A stretch of 64,000 nucleotides of DNA from Eledone cirrhosa (lineage: Eukaryota), in the NCBI GenBank assembly GCA_964016885.1, contig OZ024741.1, positions 22,134,001 through 22,198,000 on the forward strand, given 5' to 3'. The notes beneath the pieces were generated by a model. It was given only the letters and a program-made list of their open reading frames with translations, was not told the DNA's origin and did not search any database. Shown piece after piece: positions 1 to 11,814 of the stretch; the first letter of the stretch is position 1, and the number at the start of each line of letters is the position of its first letter. The position numbers and the translations under genes are program-made.

Positions 1-491
1 CCAGCCAGACCCACAGAAATAAGAATATAAAATATTACCGCAGAGTCAACTTCTCCAAGGATTGTTCACTAATTAATCCCGTGTCAACTACTACTACTAC
101 ACGAAGGACGTATATTTCAGGAATGGTTTGTGTTTGTCAGGTGTGAAAGTCGTCAGTCGGTGGTTGGAAACCCTTGCGGTTGCAGTGAAATTCTGGGCGT
201 GATGGAACTAACATTGAATTTACAAAGTAAAGCTGAACATAATAACATACGACTCCGGGAGGGAACTTCTCTGCCAGGGTTACTTAACCCAAGGTTGGAG
301 GTACGGGAACCAAAGGCTGGGGACATTGTTTCGTCTTCTATAGATAAATATCACAAAATCCTGGTGTGCTTCATATTAGTCTGTCCTGAGACGGTTTTAG
401 TTGCACATAAGTTTGTCAACGAGAAAAAGTTGTTAGCTTCTCACTCAATTCCCCCTCTCTCTCTCTCTCTCTCTTATATATATATATATAT

Positions 492-1169
492 ATTGTTTTA
501 CTCTGGGAGGGTCATGTTGCCAATAAAAACACACGCACCTGTTGGTTTTCACTTCAATTTATTATAAATTTCCGGTTGGTTGGTTCAATAACCGGATGGT
601 TGTTTATATATTGTCAAAGTTGTTTCGTCACACATTCTGTGACCTCCTCAGTGACTGATTAAAAAAATGTTTGTCTCTCTTTTGTTCTCTCCTACACCAT
701 CTTGTTTTTGTGTGTTGTGTGCTTGGTTTACGTATGCATTACATCCGTGTGTGTGTGTATTTTTATTTATTTATGTGTTTATTTACTTGTCACTAGTTGG
801 TTGTTTGTTCTATTTGTGTGTGTCTGATTTGTTTTGTTAGTTTGGTTTTTGTGTGTGTCTGTGTGTCTTCATTTTGTCCTTAATTACTAGTTGTGATGTT
901 GCTATTCCACTCATGTTTTCTGTTTAATTTTGGTTGCAGTTCGTTTATGTTTATCGCCTCTGTAATTTGTCTGGGCACTGGGTCTTTTCTGTGTGTGGGT
1001 ATAATTTTTATCTCTATGTTCTCTAGTGTGCCCCTATGTTCCATTTTGGCATGTTGGTAGAGTACTGATGAGTTTTTCCCATCTTGAAGTTCTCGCCAGT
1101 ACACATTTATCCTTTCTCCTATGTTACGGGCTGTCTCACCTATATATGTTGTGTTCCTACACTGTCCCT

Positions 1170-1172
<3 letters not shown>
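492..1172 (-). mobile_element. 5'-truncated Penelope-like element: GIY-YIG endonuclease C-terminus plus pseudo-LTR
   Basis: ORF 880..1257(-) reads TYIGETARNIGER...SVLYQHAKMEH...RQITEAININELQPKLNRKHEW; the downstream noncoding part carries an HHR-like motif and recurs at 36850-37097; flanked by (TA)n and (CA)n. Confidence 0.85.
613..655 (-). ncRNA. Minimal type I hammerhead-like motif (degenerate stem III)
   Basis: Minus strand GTCA CTGAGGA G GTCACA-gaatg-TGTGAC GAAA CAACT T TGAC; second degenerate copy at 36938-36980(+). Confidence 0.6.
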
Positions 1173-1256
<84 letters not shown>

Positions 1257-1276
1257 TATATATATTTACAAACAGA

Positions 1277-1361
1277 AGTCTGGTGAGCTTTTGATTCCAG
1301 AGCCGAGCTCGATCGATAGAGATCGAACCTTGAGCTGGTCAATCGCGAAACGTGCGTCACT
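1277..1361 (+). ncRNA. Type I hammerhead-like motif with 60-nt stem II
   Basis: AGT CTGGTGA GC..TTGA..CCAG..TCGATC-gataga-GATCGA..CTGG TCAA..GC GAAAC GTGC GTC ACT, followed by AATAAA; core has A6G. Confidence 0.7.
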
Positions 1362-1686
1362 CTTGAATAAACATAATGAACATTTTACACTTCGTCCATA
1401 CTTATTATTAATTGTATATATATATGTGTGTGTATGAGAGAGATAGATAGATATATATAGAGAGAGAGAGTTTACACCGATTACACTTCTGGTCTTACTC
1501 TCACATACCACATTATCATACAATAGACCAACTATGTCTTACGTCTCACACAACCATTTCAAGTATTATTTCCCATATTATACCAAATTACCACAAAACA
1601 ATAATACATCTTTGTTTAGTTTTCATAAAGTCCATCTTTGTTATGAATTTTCTTTTAAAAGGATTCTTTATCATTCATATTTTCAG

Positions 1687-1760
1687 AGACGGTTTCCAGT
1701 CACAGTACAGTTGTTGACGACAAAACAGTTTTGGTTCATATCAGAGATACAGCATGGAAG
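1687..1760 (+). CDS. RERG/RASL-like small GTPase, penultimate coding exon (G3 box)
   Basis: tttcag|AG...AAG|gtcaga; 74 bp; (E)TVSSHSTVVDDKTVLVHIRDTAWK aligns with RERG [25 protein letters not shown]; phase-0 end fits the exon at 35670. Not called in the ORF track. Confidence 0.8.
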
Positions 1761-1904
1761 GTCAGATAACATCACATATTATGTTATATCTTTCAAATGT
1801 TTCAGATTTAGTTCGTGAATTATTGCTGGCAGCGGCAACGTTCTTTTCATCTTCTCACCGTCGCCATGTTGAAATATTGATTTCTAATTTAATCACAAGA
1901 CCAG

Positions 1905-2095
1905 CAAATGTGAGGGAAGGGCAAAGCTGGTTAAATTAATCTGAGTACTTGATAGGTATTTTATTTTACCAACTCTGGGCGGATAAAGGACAATGCTGAC
2001 CTTGGCGGGATTTGAACTTAGGATGTGAAAAACCAGAACAAATATTGCAATGGTATTTTATCCGGCGCCTAACCTATACTGCCAATACCCCCCTT
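1905..2095 (-). mobile_element. tRNA-derived SINE (diverged)
   Basis: gaccttggcgggatttgaact B-box-like segment and shared body seen in many copies in this window. Confidence 0.7.
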
Positions 2096-2199
2096 CAATA
2101 TAATATGATTATAAATTTGTCAAAGACATATATACTTGTGTTACTTTTACTTTACATAAATATGAACAAGAAAGATAAAAACAAAATTAAGTAATGAGA

Positions 2200-2790
2200 A
2201 AATGGGGAAGGGATAAGGAAGGGCAGATCTGGCTGTATGGGTAAGTAGATGAAAGGACTATAAAGGGCCATAAATCAGAGGAAAGGGGTTTGGGGGCAAG
2301 GACTCTAGGGTCACGGATGAAAAGAAGGGTGATGGGCTCTTGGCCGAGGGCATGGAGGTTTGGGGCTGCGTCCGCGGACTAAACCGCAAAAACATTTCCG
2401 CGGACAATGGCCAGCGACACCAGCTGTAACAGCCACCCCACATCCTTCCTCAGACGGGGTGCTGACGTTCCGGTCTTGAAGAGGAACTCGGCTGTCCGAG
2501 GTCCGAGTACGCCTGAGATCTCGACGGCGACTGGTGCAAAGCGGAAGCGGCCGAAAAAGCCCCGGTATTTGCTTGTCTTCCTTTCCTCTACATTGCGGGC
2601 TGCGGTAGCGGGGTTTGTGGCTGAGGCGACGTTGGAGACAGAGAACGTGTCACATCATGTGGCGTCCCAGGTGAGGGATTTACCTTCTTCAAATTGTAAG
2701 AGGGTACTTCCATCGGGGAGCCACAGTTAGATAAAGAAGTCCTATGCCAAGAGTCAGTGAAGCTATCCCGCGTTTTATTCAAGACAATCT
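2200..2790 (-). mobile_element. CRE-clade non-LTR retrotransposon 3' fragment (restriction-like endonuclease)
   Basis: Manual translation LPDGSTLLQFEEGKSLTWDAT*CDT...AARNVEERKTSKY...FAPVAVEISGVLG...WLLQLVSLAIVRGN matches the CRE pattern RPDG..WDxT..ExxKxxKY..QRLSIAIQRGN. Confidence 0.75.
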
Positions 2791-3004
2791 ATTTTAAAAT
2801 TTGAGATCAAAACTTATGGACGCCATTTAAAGGATAGTGGAGTTATATTATATCTTGGTGTGGCTAAGACTGCTATTTCGACAGTGTGAATGGCTAAGTT
2901 GTCAACTGAATTTTGCATAGCCTAGTACAGTGTTTCAAATATATTCAAACGATTTTGAGAAAGAACAACGTATCCGTAATTAAATCAACAGAATGGTCAT
3001 CTAT

Positions 3005-3055
<51 letters not shown>

Positions 3056-3057
3056 GA

Positions 3058-3957
3058 AATCAGTGGAGACTCCACTTCGACATTCTATAGAGGGATTGTA
3101 CGTTACAAGGGCGACGACGTGCTCGGGGAGACTCTGGGCGTCGAAGACGATGAGCTCACCAGTCTGTTTGGTAGGACATTCCGCCCGGGACCTATGGACA
3201 ACTTCCAGAGGTCCCTGGCCTGGCAGTGCTACCGAGGAGCTCTACCGGTTCGTGACAAGATCTACAGGCACGGACGCCCCGGCAGGGATCCTTCCAAGAG
3301 GACGTGTCCAAGATGTGCGCAGGTCATTGAAACCGTCCTGCACGCAATTGTACACTGCCCGGGCGTAACCGACCTGTGGAACCATGCATAACAACTGCTG
3401 TCGCGTATGGGACAAATCCAGTTGACTGCTGAGTCCATAGAAAGGATCAAACCGCCAGCCTCTTTCAAAAACGAAAGAGAGGCGGTTTTCCGCTGTACAG
3501 TGGCTATGGTGAAAGAAGTTATATGGTGGACGAGATTGAGAAGACTGAGGACAGATGCCTTTCTCTCCGGACAACAATTGATTCCCTTCTTTAAGTATCA
3601 CTTTAGAAGGAGAATCAGAGTGGAGAGAGAGGCACTGCACCCCAGTAAATTTACTGAAAGGTGGGTGAATGAAGCGAAAATGGCCCGAGTGATTGGGCCT
3701 TCTCTGTTTATAAGCCTGTAGGTTAAAGAAGAGAGCAAAAGCAAAAAAGGAGCACTTGCACAACACGCTCCTGGAGTTGAGGGTTGTTCTATCGACGGGG
3801 TATTAAACAACCCATTTGTGGTGCCTCCCCCCTATTGGGGATTTCGATTGTTATAATTGTTTGTTTCAATATTTTTACACGACTGTATATAAAATCCCCG
3901 GCATGTGTCTTTGTATTGTCCCCTTTTCTTGTGCGCCCTTGTGGCAAATAAAGAAAT
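3058..3957 (+). mobile_element. Tx1/L1-clade LINE 3' fragment
   Basis: AWQCYRGALPVRDK...CPRC...ETVLHAIVHCP zinc knuckle; same family as 19930-22893; lies in (ATCT)n. Confidence 0.85.
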
Positions 3958-4674
3958 ATATCTATCTACCCATCCATCCATCTATCTATCTCATGTACAC
4001 ACACACACACACACTGACACACAAACACACACATACACATATGCACATATATACACATACATACACAATGGTACTTGAGTCCAGCTGCTGAGTTACACAT
4101 CAAGCCGCATTTAATGCAGATGACAGGATTTTGAGCGGAACAAGATGAAAGGTTTGATTAAATCATAGAGTTAGATCTTAGATCATGAAGATAGACCAGA
4201 GGAGATTTTTCAAAGTTCTTTATAATTTCATGGCAGACAGTTTTTCATTTTCCACGGTCAGCTCTCCCTCGGACCATGCACCACCTTCAGACCATTATAA
4301 AAGGCCCTTAAGTCTCTTTTATCAGCAGCTTCTTGTGCTATCGTTTGTGTACAACAGTTGTTGTACACACACGCTAGACAACAGAGGCCACGTGTTGTCC
4401 CTCTCCGTCTAAAAACTTTCCCCCTTGGAAACCCCCAGTTGATGGATGCGAAATCCGAAATATAGGGACAATTAAATCACTTCCAAGGTAACTCTATCTT
4501 GTGTTACTATTTTTACACTCTTTCCTACGTTCCTCTACACCCTATACGTCTCATTCTACATTTCCTCTTACATCTCTCTCATTACCACCTGATTCTGTTA
4601 CCCGGAGATATTTACCCATCTGCATTGTTGAGGCTTCCAAAACGACCAATTTTATGTATAAATATGTATATATA

Positions 4675-6009
4675 TAAACAATTAAGTTAAAAATGTACAT
4701 CCACATATGTATACTGAAATACTAGTATGCATATGAATACACACACGTATACATATGTAGATGTACCGAGTTTTTCACTGGTCACTTTACTGTGAGTGTC
4801 CAGCTATTCTGTATGTAAACACACAGACAAACCGGTTTTTAGAGTCATACTGGTTTTTGAGGAAACACCTTTCCTCTATTCTCCAGAAAGCCAGACAAGG
4901 AATATTGAACTAGTTTCGATGTTGTTACATCTCATCAGCAATATTTACCTATCTTCCGGCCTTTCTAGAGAATCGTAAAAGCACATATCGTTATATGCTT
5001 TTTCTATGAAAATTAGTAGTGGGCAGACTAATTTGCATAGAGCGTGAGTACGTACCGGTTCAACGGAGACGATAAAAACAAATAACGAAACGAAATTAAA
5101 TTTCGTTTCGTTTGTAACTCACTTTTGTATGACTGACGCTTAAACAATTAAGTTAAAAATGTACATCCACATATGTATACTGAAATACTAGTATGCAAAT
5201 GAATACACACACGTATACATATGTAGACGTACCGAGTTTTTCACTGGTCACTTTACTGTGAGTGTCCAGCTATTCTGTATGTAAACACACAGACAAACCG
5301 GTTTTTAGAGTCATACTGGTTTTTGAGGAAACACCTTTCCTCTATTCTCCAGAAAGCCAGACAAGGAATATTGAACTCGTTTCGATGTTGTTACATCTCA
5401 TCAGCAATATTTACCTATCATATGCATACTAGTATTTCAGTATACATATGTGGATGTACATTTTTAACTTAATTGTTTAAGCGTCAGTCATACAAAAGTG
5501 AGTTACAAACGAAACGAAATTTAATTTCGTTTCGTTATTTATTTTTATCGTCTCCGTTGAACCGGTACGTACTCACGCTCTATGCAAATTAGTCTGCCCA
5601 CTACTAATTTTCATAGAAAAAGCATATAACGATATGTGCTTTTACGATTCTCTAGAAAGGCCGGAAGATAGGTAAATATTGCTGATGAGATGTAACAACA
5701 TCGAAACTAGTTCAATATTTCTTGTCTGGCTTTCTGGAGAATAGAGGAAAGGTGTTTCCTCAAAAACCAGTATGACTCTAAAAACCGGTTTGTCTGTGTG
5801 TTTACATACAGAATAGCTGGACACTCACAGTAAAGTGACCAGTGAAAAACTCGGTACATCTACATATGTATACGTGTGTGTATTCATATGCATACTAGTA
5901 TTTCAGTATACATATGTGGATATACATTTTTAACTTAATTGTTTAAGCGTCAGTCATACAAAAGTGAGTTACAAACGAAACGAAATTTAATTTCGTTTCG
6001 TTATTTGTT

Positions 6010-6011
<2 letters not shown>
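4675..6011. mobile_element. Tandem + inverted 466-bp HHR-containing unit (retrozyme / PLE pLTR-like)
   Basis: Unit repeats at 4675 and 5141, inverts at 5419 and ends at (TA)n; three HHR copies; internal palindrome aacgaaacgaaatt-a-aatttcgtttcgtt. Confidence 0.85.
5675..5719 (+). ncRNA. Canonical minimal type I hammerhead ribozyme (also 4901-4945 and 5367-5411 on -)
   Basis: AATATTG CTGATGA GATGT-AACA-ACATC GAAA CTAG TT CAATATT: 7-bp stem I, intact core, palindromic stem III AACTAGTT, GUU site. Confidence 0.9.
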
Positions 6012-6085
<74 letters not shown>

Positions 6086-6379
6086 GCCTTATGGTGATTA
6101 TAAATCGGTAATTGTAAGAGCAGTGATAAGATTTTGACTTTTAGAGATCTGTTTCGTCATGCCACGAAGAAAAAAATTATGTAGGACGGTGAATATGTCA
6201 AACTTTTGGCTATTTGACAGAACATAGTCTGTTTGATGGTGGCGGCTGCTTATAAATAGCTAGAAAGTTATAAATCTACTAAATGTGAAATTCTTAATAG
6301 TCTGTCAGTTTCAAGTCACAAATGAAGCAAAGATTTTTTTAGAGTACACCAATCTTGTGCGACAGCTCACACCTATGCA

Positions 6380-6600
6380 GGTTTAGCTGGCCTCCTCCGA
6401 GGTATATCTCGTTGGAGGTCTCTTGGGTGATTTAATGATATGGACCCCAGTCCTATCATCTCATTTCTACAGCTGAGTAAACTGGAGCAACGTGAAATAA
6501 AGTGTCCTGTTCAAGGAAACAACACATCACCCGGTCCGAGAATTGAACTCACAACCTTTCGATTGCAAGCCCAATGCTCTAACCACTAAGCCACGCGCCT
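6380..6600 (-). mobile_element. tRNA-derived SINE, second family
   Basis: Reverse complement starts aggcgcgtggcttagtggttagagc (A-box) ... gagttcaattct (B-box); relatives at 24662-24862 and 59251-59465. Confidence 0.75.
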
Positions 6601-6670
6601 TCACGATCTTATAGTGTAATTGATCAAGCAAGTATGAAACAGCAGTCTAATCCTTTGGGTAGCTTTAGTT

Positions 6671-7848
6671 CAGTAGTTCTTAACTCTTTTTCTATTGCGG
6701 CACACCTTGAGATTTTGAAATTCCACCCAACACCCATAGGCCTAGCACATATGACAAAAAAACTTAAATTTTCAGGTCAAATTATCAGCTACTTGTATGT
6801 ATCTATGTATGGACCCCCTTTAACTCCCGAGGAAGGCGTAGGGGCGCTGTATTGACATACGGCATTTCTAGGGCATTTTTCTTTGAAACCAGGCGGAGCC
6901 CATCTCCTCTCCATGTCTCCAGATAAGGATAGAGTGAATGAGAGAATGGAAGTGAGAAAGAGATATAGAGGAAGGATCAACCCCAGTACAAGACTGGTAT
7001 TAATTTTAGTGACTTCGAATAGCTAAAAGACAAAGTTGACCTCGGTGGGATTTGAACTCAGAGAGCTGAGAGAGATCTGAAACAAATTCCACAAGGCATT
7101 CTATTGGATGTTCTAACCACTCTGCCAGTTTAACAACTTTATCAGTTACTTAGCTGCTACTATCTAAACTATAATAAAGTAAGGAGTGCGGGACTGCGTC
7201 CAGAATATATTTTTTTATCCCGTTTGTAAAATAAGTTGGATTACTTTGAATAAATAATGAATGAATATTACATAATTTATCTACTAAATTTCGTTATTCT
7301 TGATTAAATATAATTTTGTTGCTTATTTTAAGATTCACTTCTTTAAAATTTTCAAATGTCAACACTTCCGGTTAGCGATCGCTTAAATAAACATTCATAT
7401 ATTTTCGTCACTAATTTTCTCCTAATGCTGTTTATATATAATATCGTCTTTTTTTAATGTATCATGGATTACGTTACTGATTACATGAGACAGTGTAAAG
7501 CAGTCTTCGTTCAGTTTCTGTGTATATTGTCAATTACGATGTTATTTGATGTATCATATCTACATGTATATATACTTGCGTATAATATCAATATGCACAC
7601 TACACATGCTAGCAGAAAACCACCCGAAGGTGGTTTTTCTGCTAGTTTAATTAATTAAATGCTATGATTAATAAATACAATTTTTTGAATATAACAGAAA
7701 ATATCCAATTAAAATATTTTAATCTGAAATGTGATTTCTGTTTTTACTTTTCCTTTGTACCTCCACCCCATCCCATAACTGAATCTCGGTCCCATTGGGT
7801 ATGCTGGGATCCATTGGGGGTGCTGGCACCCCAGGTTAAGAAACACTG
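6671..7848. mobile_element. hAT-type MITE with nested SINE and Helitron
   Basis: TIRs CAGTAGTTCTTAAC / GTTAAGAAACACTG; 8-bp flanks ctttagtt / ttttagta (6/8 match). Confidence 0.6.
7163..7645 (+). mobile_element. Non-autonomous canonical Helitron
   Basis: A|TCTAAACTATAA ... hairpin gcagaaaaccacc-cgaa-ggtggtttttctgc ending in CTAG|T; truncated copy at 30475-30893(-). Confidence 0.85.
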
Positions 7849-8403
7849 TTTTAGTAGGTTAGATATTGGAGATCAAATTGATGGTCATCAGCTTTAGTTT
7901 GGGCTGGGGTCTCAATATGTAAACTAAACAACTAATTCTGGTTTAACAAAGGAGACCAACAGATACAACCTACAAACATTACCGATTTTCTACCCACAGC
8001 CTCCGCTTATTTAAACTCCCGCGCTTATTCCTACTCCACCGCTTCTCCCCTCCCTTGTTATTTGGAAGCTGAGAATAGTTTTGTGACTATTTATATCACA
8101 GTTGATTGTGTTAACAGGATAAAACAGAAGTTATTTTCATCTCGAATCGAACTCTCGTTAATGATATGTCTCGCGAGATTCTCACTTCTACTCCTGACTT
8201 CACGATGTCTGTTTCTAACATCTACTGATTTAGTAGGAATTCGAAATAATAAAGATGAGAAATACATCCAGTGGTGTATATAAATAACGTCTGCGGTGCG
8301 GCTCGCTTGCTCAAGTTCGTTTGGCAAATTTATTTCGTTTACATATATAGGTCAAGTGTTGCTACATTAGAATCACTATCATTGTAATGCGTAATATTCT
8401 AAG

Positions 8404-8504
<101 letters not shown>

Positions 8505-8522
8505 AGAGAGAGAGAGAGAGAG

Positions 8523-8570
<48 letters not shown>

Positions 8571-8573
<3 letters not shown>

Positions 8574-8763
8574 AAAATATATGACCCCGACGGCAGAGCT
8601 CAACTCGTTTCGACGGCTATTTCTGGACTGAAATAACCGTCGAAACGGCTTGAGCTCTGCCGTCGGGGTCATACATTTTCCTATTACCCACTCTACTACC
8701 TTAAGTATTGAGTACTCTGGTGCGTTATGGTCCATCTGGCTCCTTACCACACCTCCTTCGTTA
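8571..8763. mobile_element. Short fold-back PLE pLTR remnant (family F1)
   Basis: Inverted arms around ctggac; 3' half of the HHR (GAAACGGCTTGAGCTCTGCCGTC GGGG); in (TA)n. Confidence 0.8.
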
Positions 8764-8782
8764 TATATATACATATATGTAT

Positions 8783-9526
8783 ATACAAATAAATTATCGA
8801 GAATCGGAATCTCGGCCCACGAAATAACGAAACACAATCTTCGAAAAGTGCGGTAAAGTGCTCAATAGTTTGGATAAACCAGAGCTATAACTAACGTTTA
8901 AATACCAACACACTGAGATAATGCTTAAAATCATTCGCACAGCCGAAAAAAACGACCAAGAAAATTCGGGTCAGACAAATAATAATATATATGAATGAAA
9001 AATCTTTACCCGCACCCGCTAGAAGGATGGTAAATTCTAGCATTTTGGTTTCTGCGGCTCCTAAATCAGTTACCGTCAGCTTACATAAAAAATATCCGGC
9101 TTCTGGTAGAATGATGAACGAGGAAACTACTTTCTCAACAGGCATTTCGTTCAAAAAAATACAAGGGAACCCGTTACTAAATCCACGTGGGGTCTAGCAA
9201 GGGAGGGAACCCCTATATTAGGCGAATGAATTCAGTAGTGTATATTGTTGTAAAAATACAAAATATCACATATCGAATTAGAGTTCTCAACAGATGGGTT
9301 AAAATTAACATGAGCTATTCATCATTCAATAAGATCAACTAAAAAATCAATAAAATTAACTGGTGAATAGCTAAAGACTGGAGATAAATACAAATAAATT
9401 ATCGAGAATCGGAATCTCGGCTCACGAAATAACGAAACACAATCTTCGAAAAGTGTGGCAAAGTGCTCAATAGTTTGGATAAACCAGAGCTATAACTAAC
9501 GTTTAAATACCAACACACTGAGATAA
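8783..9526. repeat. 605-bp unit bounded by 139-bp direct repeats
   Basis: 8783-8921 is repeated at 9388-9526; flanked by TA-rich sequence. Confidence 0.85.
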
Positions 9527-9536
9527 ATATATATAT

Positions 9537-9797
9537 ATGAAAGACGTAAAATAAGAAAATTATAAAAATTAACTTACTTACTAAAATTTCACTCCAACTA
9601 ATTAGTTTCAGAAACTAATTAGTTGGAGTAAAATTTTAGTAAGTAAGTTAATTTTTATAATTTTCTTATTTTACGTCTTTCATATAATTGTTCTGCATCC
9701 CCTTGCATCGAACCACAAAGTTACTAAGACAAAACCTATATATTTGCTAGCATAGGTATGCATCTGTATATATATGTTGGTAGATATACTAATTCTT
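9537..9797. mobile_element. Fold-back pLTR remnant (family F2)
   Basis: Palindrome centred on gtttc-a-gaaac with GAAAC TAATTA GTT half-HHR; longer copy at 28408-29027. Confidence 0.75.
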
Positions 9798-10656
9798 TAT
9801 ATATATATATATGTAATATAGAATATGCTTCAATCAATCCCGGTTGGAGCTGTATAAATGAAGTAATTCCGTCGGAAAGGTCCAGGAAAAAAGAGTGCTC
9901 TATGTAAGCTACAGAGCTTATTAGTTATGTAATTGGAAGGAGTAGGTATATTATATATATATATATATATATAACGAAGGAAGTGTGGTAAGGAACCAGA
10001 TGGACCATAACGCACCAAAGTACTCAATACTTAGGGTAGTAGAGTGGGTAATAGGAAAAAGTATGACCCCGACGGCAGAGCTCAAGCCGTTTCGACGGCT
10101 AATTCGGGACTAAATGAAAATTTTTATCCTGGTAAATGAATAGCCGAGCTTCTCAGGGGGTAATTCCATATATGGTAAACGTGATTGTCACAAGGATTGG
10201 TCAAAAGTTTGTTGTTGAGACTATCATGGCATTTTGTGGAAGGAAGGGGTAGCTGAACTTGCCAGTAGAAGAAAGAGGGAGAGGGAGTGGAGGAAACCCA
10301 GTCGTGCGTTGAATGTGACAACTACAGCAGAATCCTAAGGATAAGAGGTCAAGAGGGGGAGACGGGGAGGAAGTCGAAACAATAAGTAAATCAATATGGA
10401 GTAAATCTATATAGAAAAATAAGAATGTTAAAAATATAAAAAAAAACACAATTTCTGGTTACTATTCCCCTACCGCAATCATCAAATCTCTCACTGGTAC
10501 TGCTAAACTATAGAAAAGTTTAATAGGTGGGGCGGGATACTAAAAACGAGATTGTAGTGAAAGAATGTTATGAGTTAGTAGTAATCGGCCAAATCTATCT
10601 TACAATGACAGGTCAACAAGTAGGGGGCCAAAATACTAAAAAAATTAATACGAAAT

Positions 10657-10845
10657 AATTGTTTCTACTTTAGGCACAAGGCCAGCAATTACCCAGTACA
10701 TTACTGGTACTTTATTTTATCGACCCCGTAAGGATGAAAGGCAAAGTTAACCTCGGCGGGATTTGAACTCAGACTGTAAAGTGACGTAACTATGTTAGAA
10801 AGCATGGCGTCCAACCCTCTACCGATACTGCCAATTCACCGCCCT
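10657..10845 (-). mobile_element. SINE inserted in the left pLTR arm
   Basis: Absent from the right arm; duplicated target approx. aaactaatacgaaataat. Confidence 0.85.
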
Positions 10846-11099
10846 TTAAACTAGTACGAAATAATAATTCAGAGTCCCGAAACTAATACGAAATATTAAT
10901 TCAGAATCACGAAAAAGAATACTAATACGATATATAAGAGTGCGGCTACAATACATAAATTCTAATGCAAACTACATAAATGCTCGTACAATATATATGA
11001 AAAATTTAATACGAAAAATTAATTCAGAAACCCCCCGGAGGAAATATCTTCCGGGAGGAAATATCCTACTGTCCAGCTTCCATTAGCGGAACCAGCAGG

Positions 11100-11814
11100 C
11101 GACACCACCGCTCACGCAACGTAACATGGTTCAATCCTCCCCCACAACGCCGAGGTGACAACACCTATCGGGAAAATCTTCTTTAGGCTCATCGAAAAAC
11201 ACTTCCCACTACAACACCGCTACCACAACATAATCAACAAAAAATACCATCAAACTCTCCCACAGCACCACGCCTAACTTTGCACAAACATCGTCTCCTC
11301 TAACAACAAAAAGCTCAACCCCTATGGAAGAAATAACCTAGATAGCAGTGGAGAGCCGACCAGGAGGTGTAACTGTCCTGTTGGATCCATTTGCCCCCTC
11401 GACAACAGATGCAGAGATCGTAATGTGATCTACCAGTACAACGTAAGGACGGACACCTCCAACAAAGCTTATATAGGATTAACCGCTTGTGACTTCAAGA
11501 CCCGGCTATACCAACACAGACATACTTTCCGAAACCCGGCCCGGCGTCACACCACTACACTTTCGGGCCACATCTGGGACCTCAAAGATAACAATATAAC
11601 CTATAACCTTACTTGGAGTTTACTGTCCAGAGCCAACTCATACACGGGAGGACGCCGTCCGTGTAACTTATGCTCGGAGGAAACATTACAAATGTTGTTT
11701 TCGACGGACCAACTCCTAAACAAGAAAGACGAACTGGTAACTGCATGCAAACACAGATTGCGTAGGACTTACCTCGCCCTCAAACCCCATAATGACCCCG
11801 GGGGGGGGGGGTAG
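11100..11814 (+). pseudogene. PLE RT-thumb/linker and GIY-YIG endonuclease remnant
   Basis: ORF 11425..11814 plus upstream frameshifted linker. Confidence 0.85.

Noticed and set aside
105-160. Minus-strand CTGACGA...GAAATATA as a hammerhead
   Set aside because: Neither stem I nor stem II pairs convincingly
4432-4471. CAGTTGA-TGGAT..ATCC-GAAATATA-GGG as a hammerhead
   Set aside because: Two substitutions in essential core positions plus an insertion; at best a decayed relic
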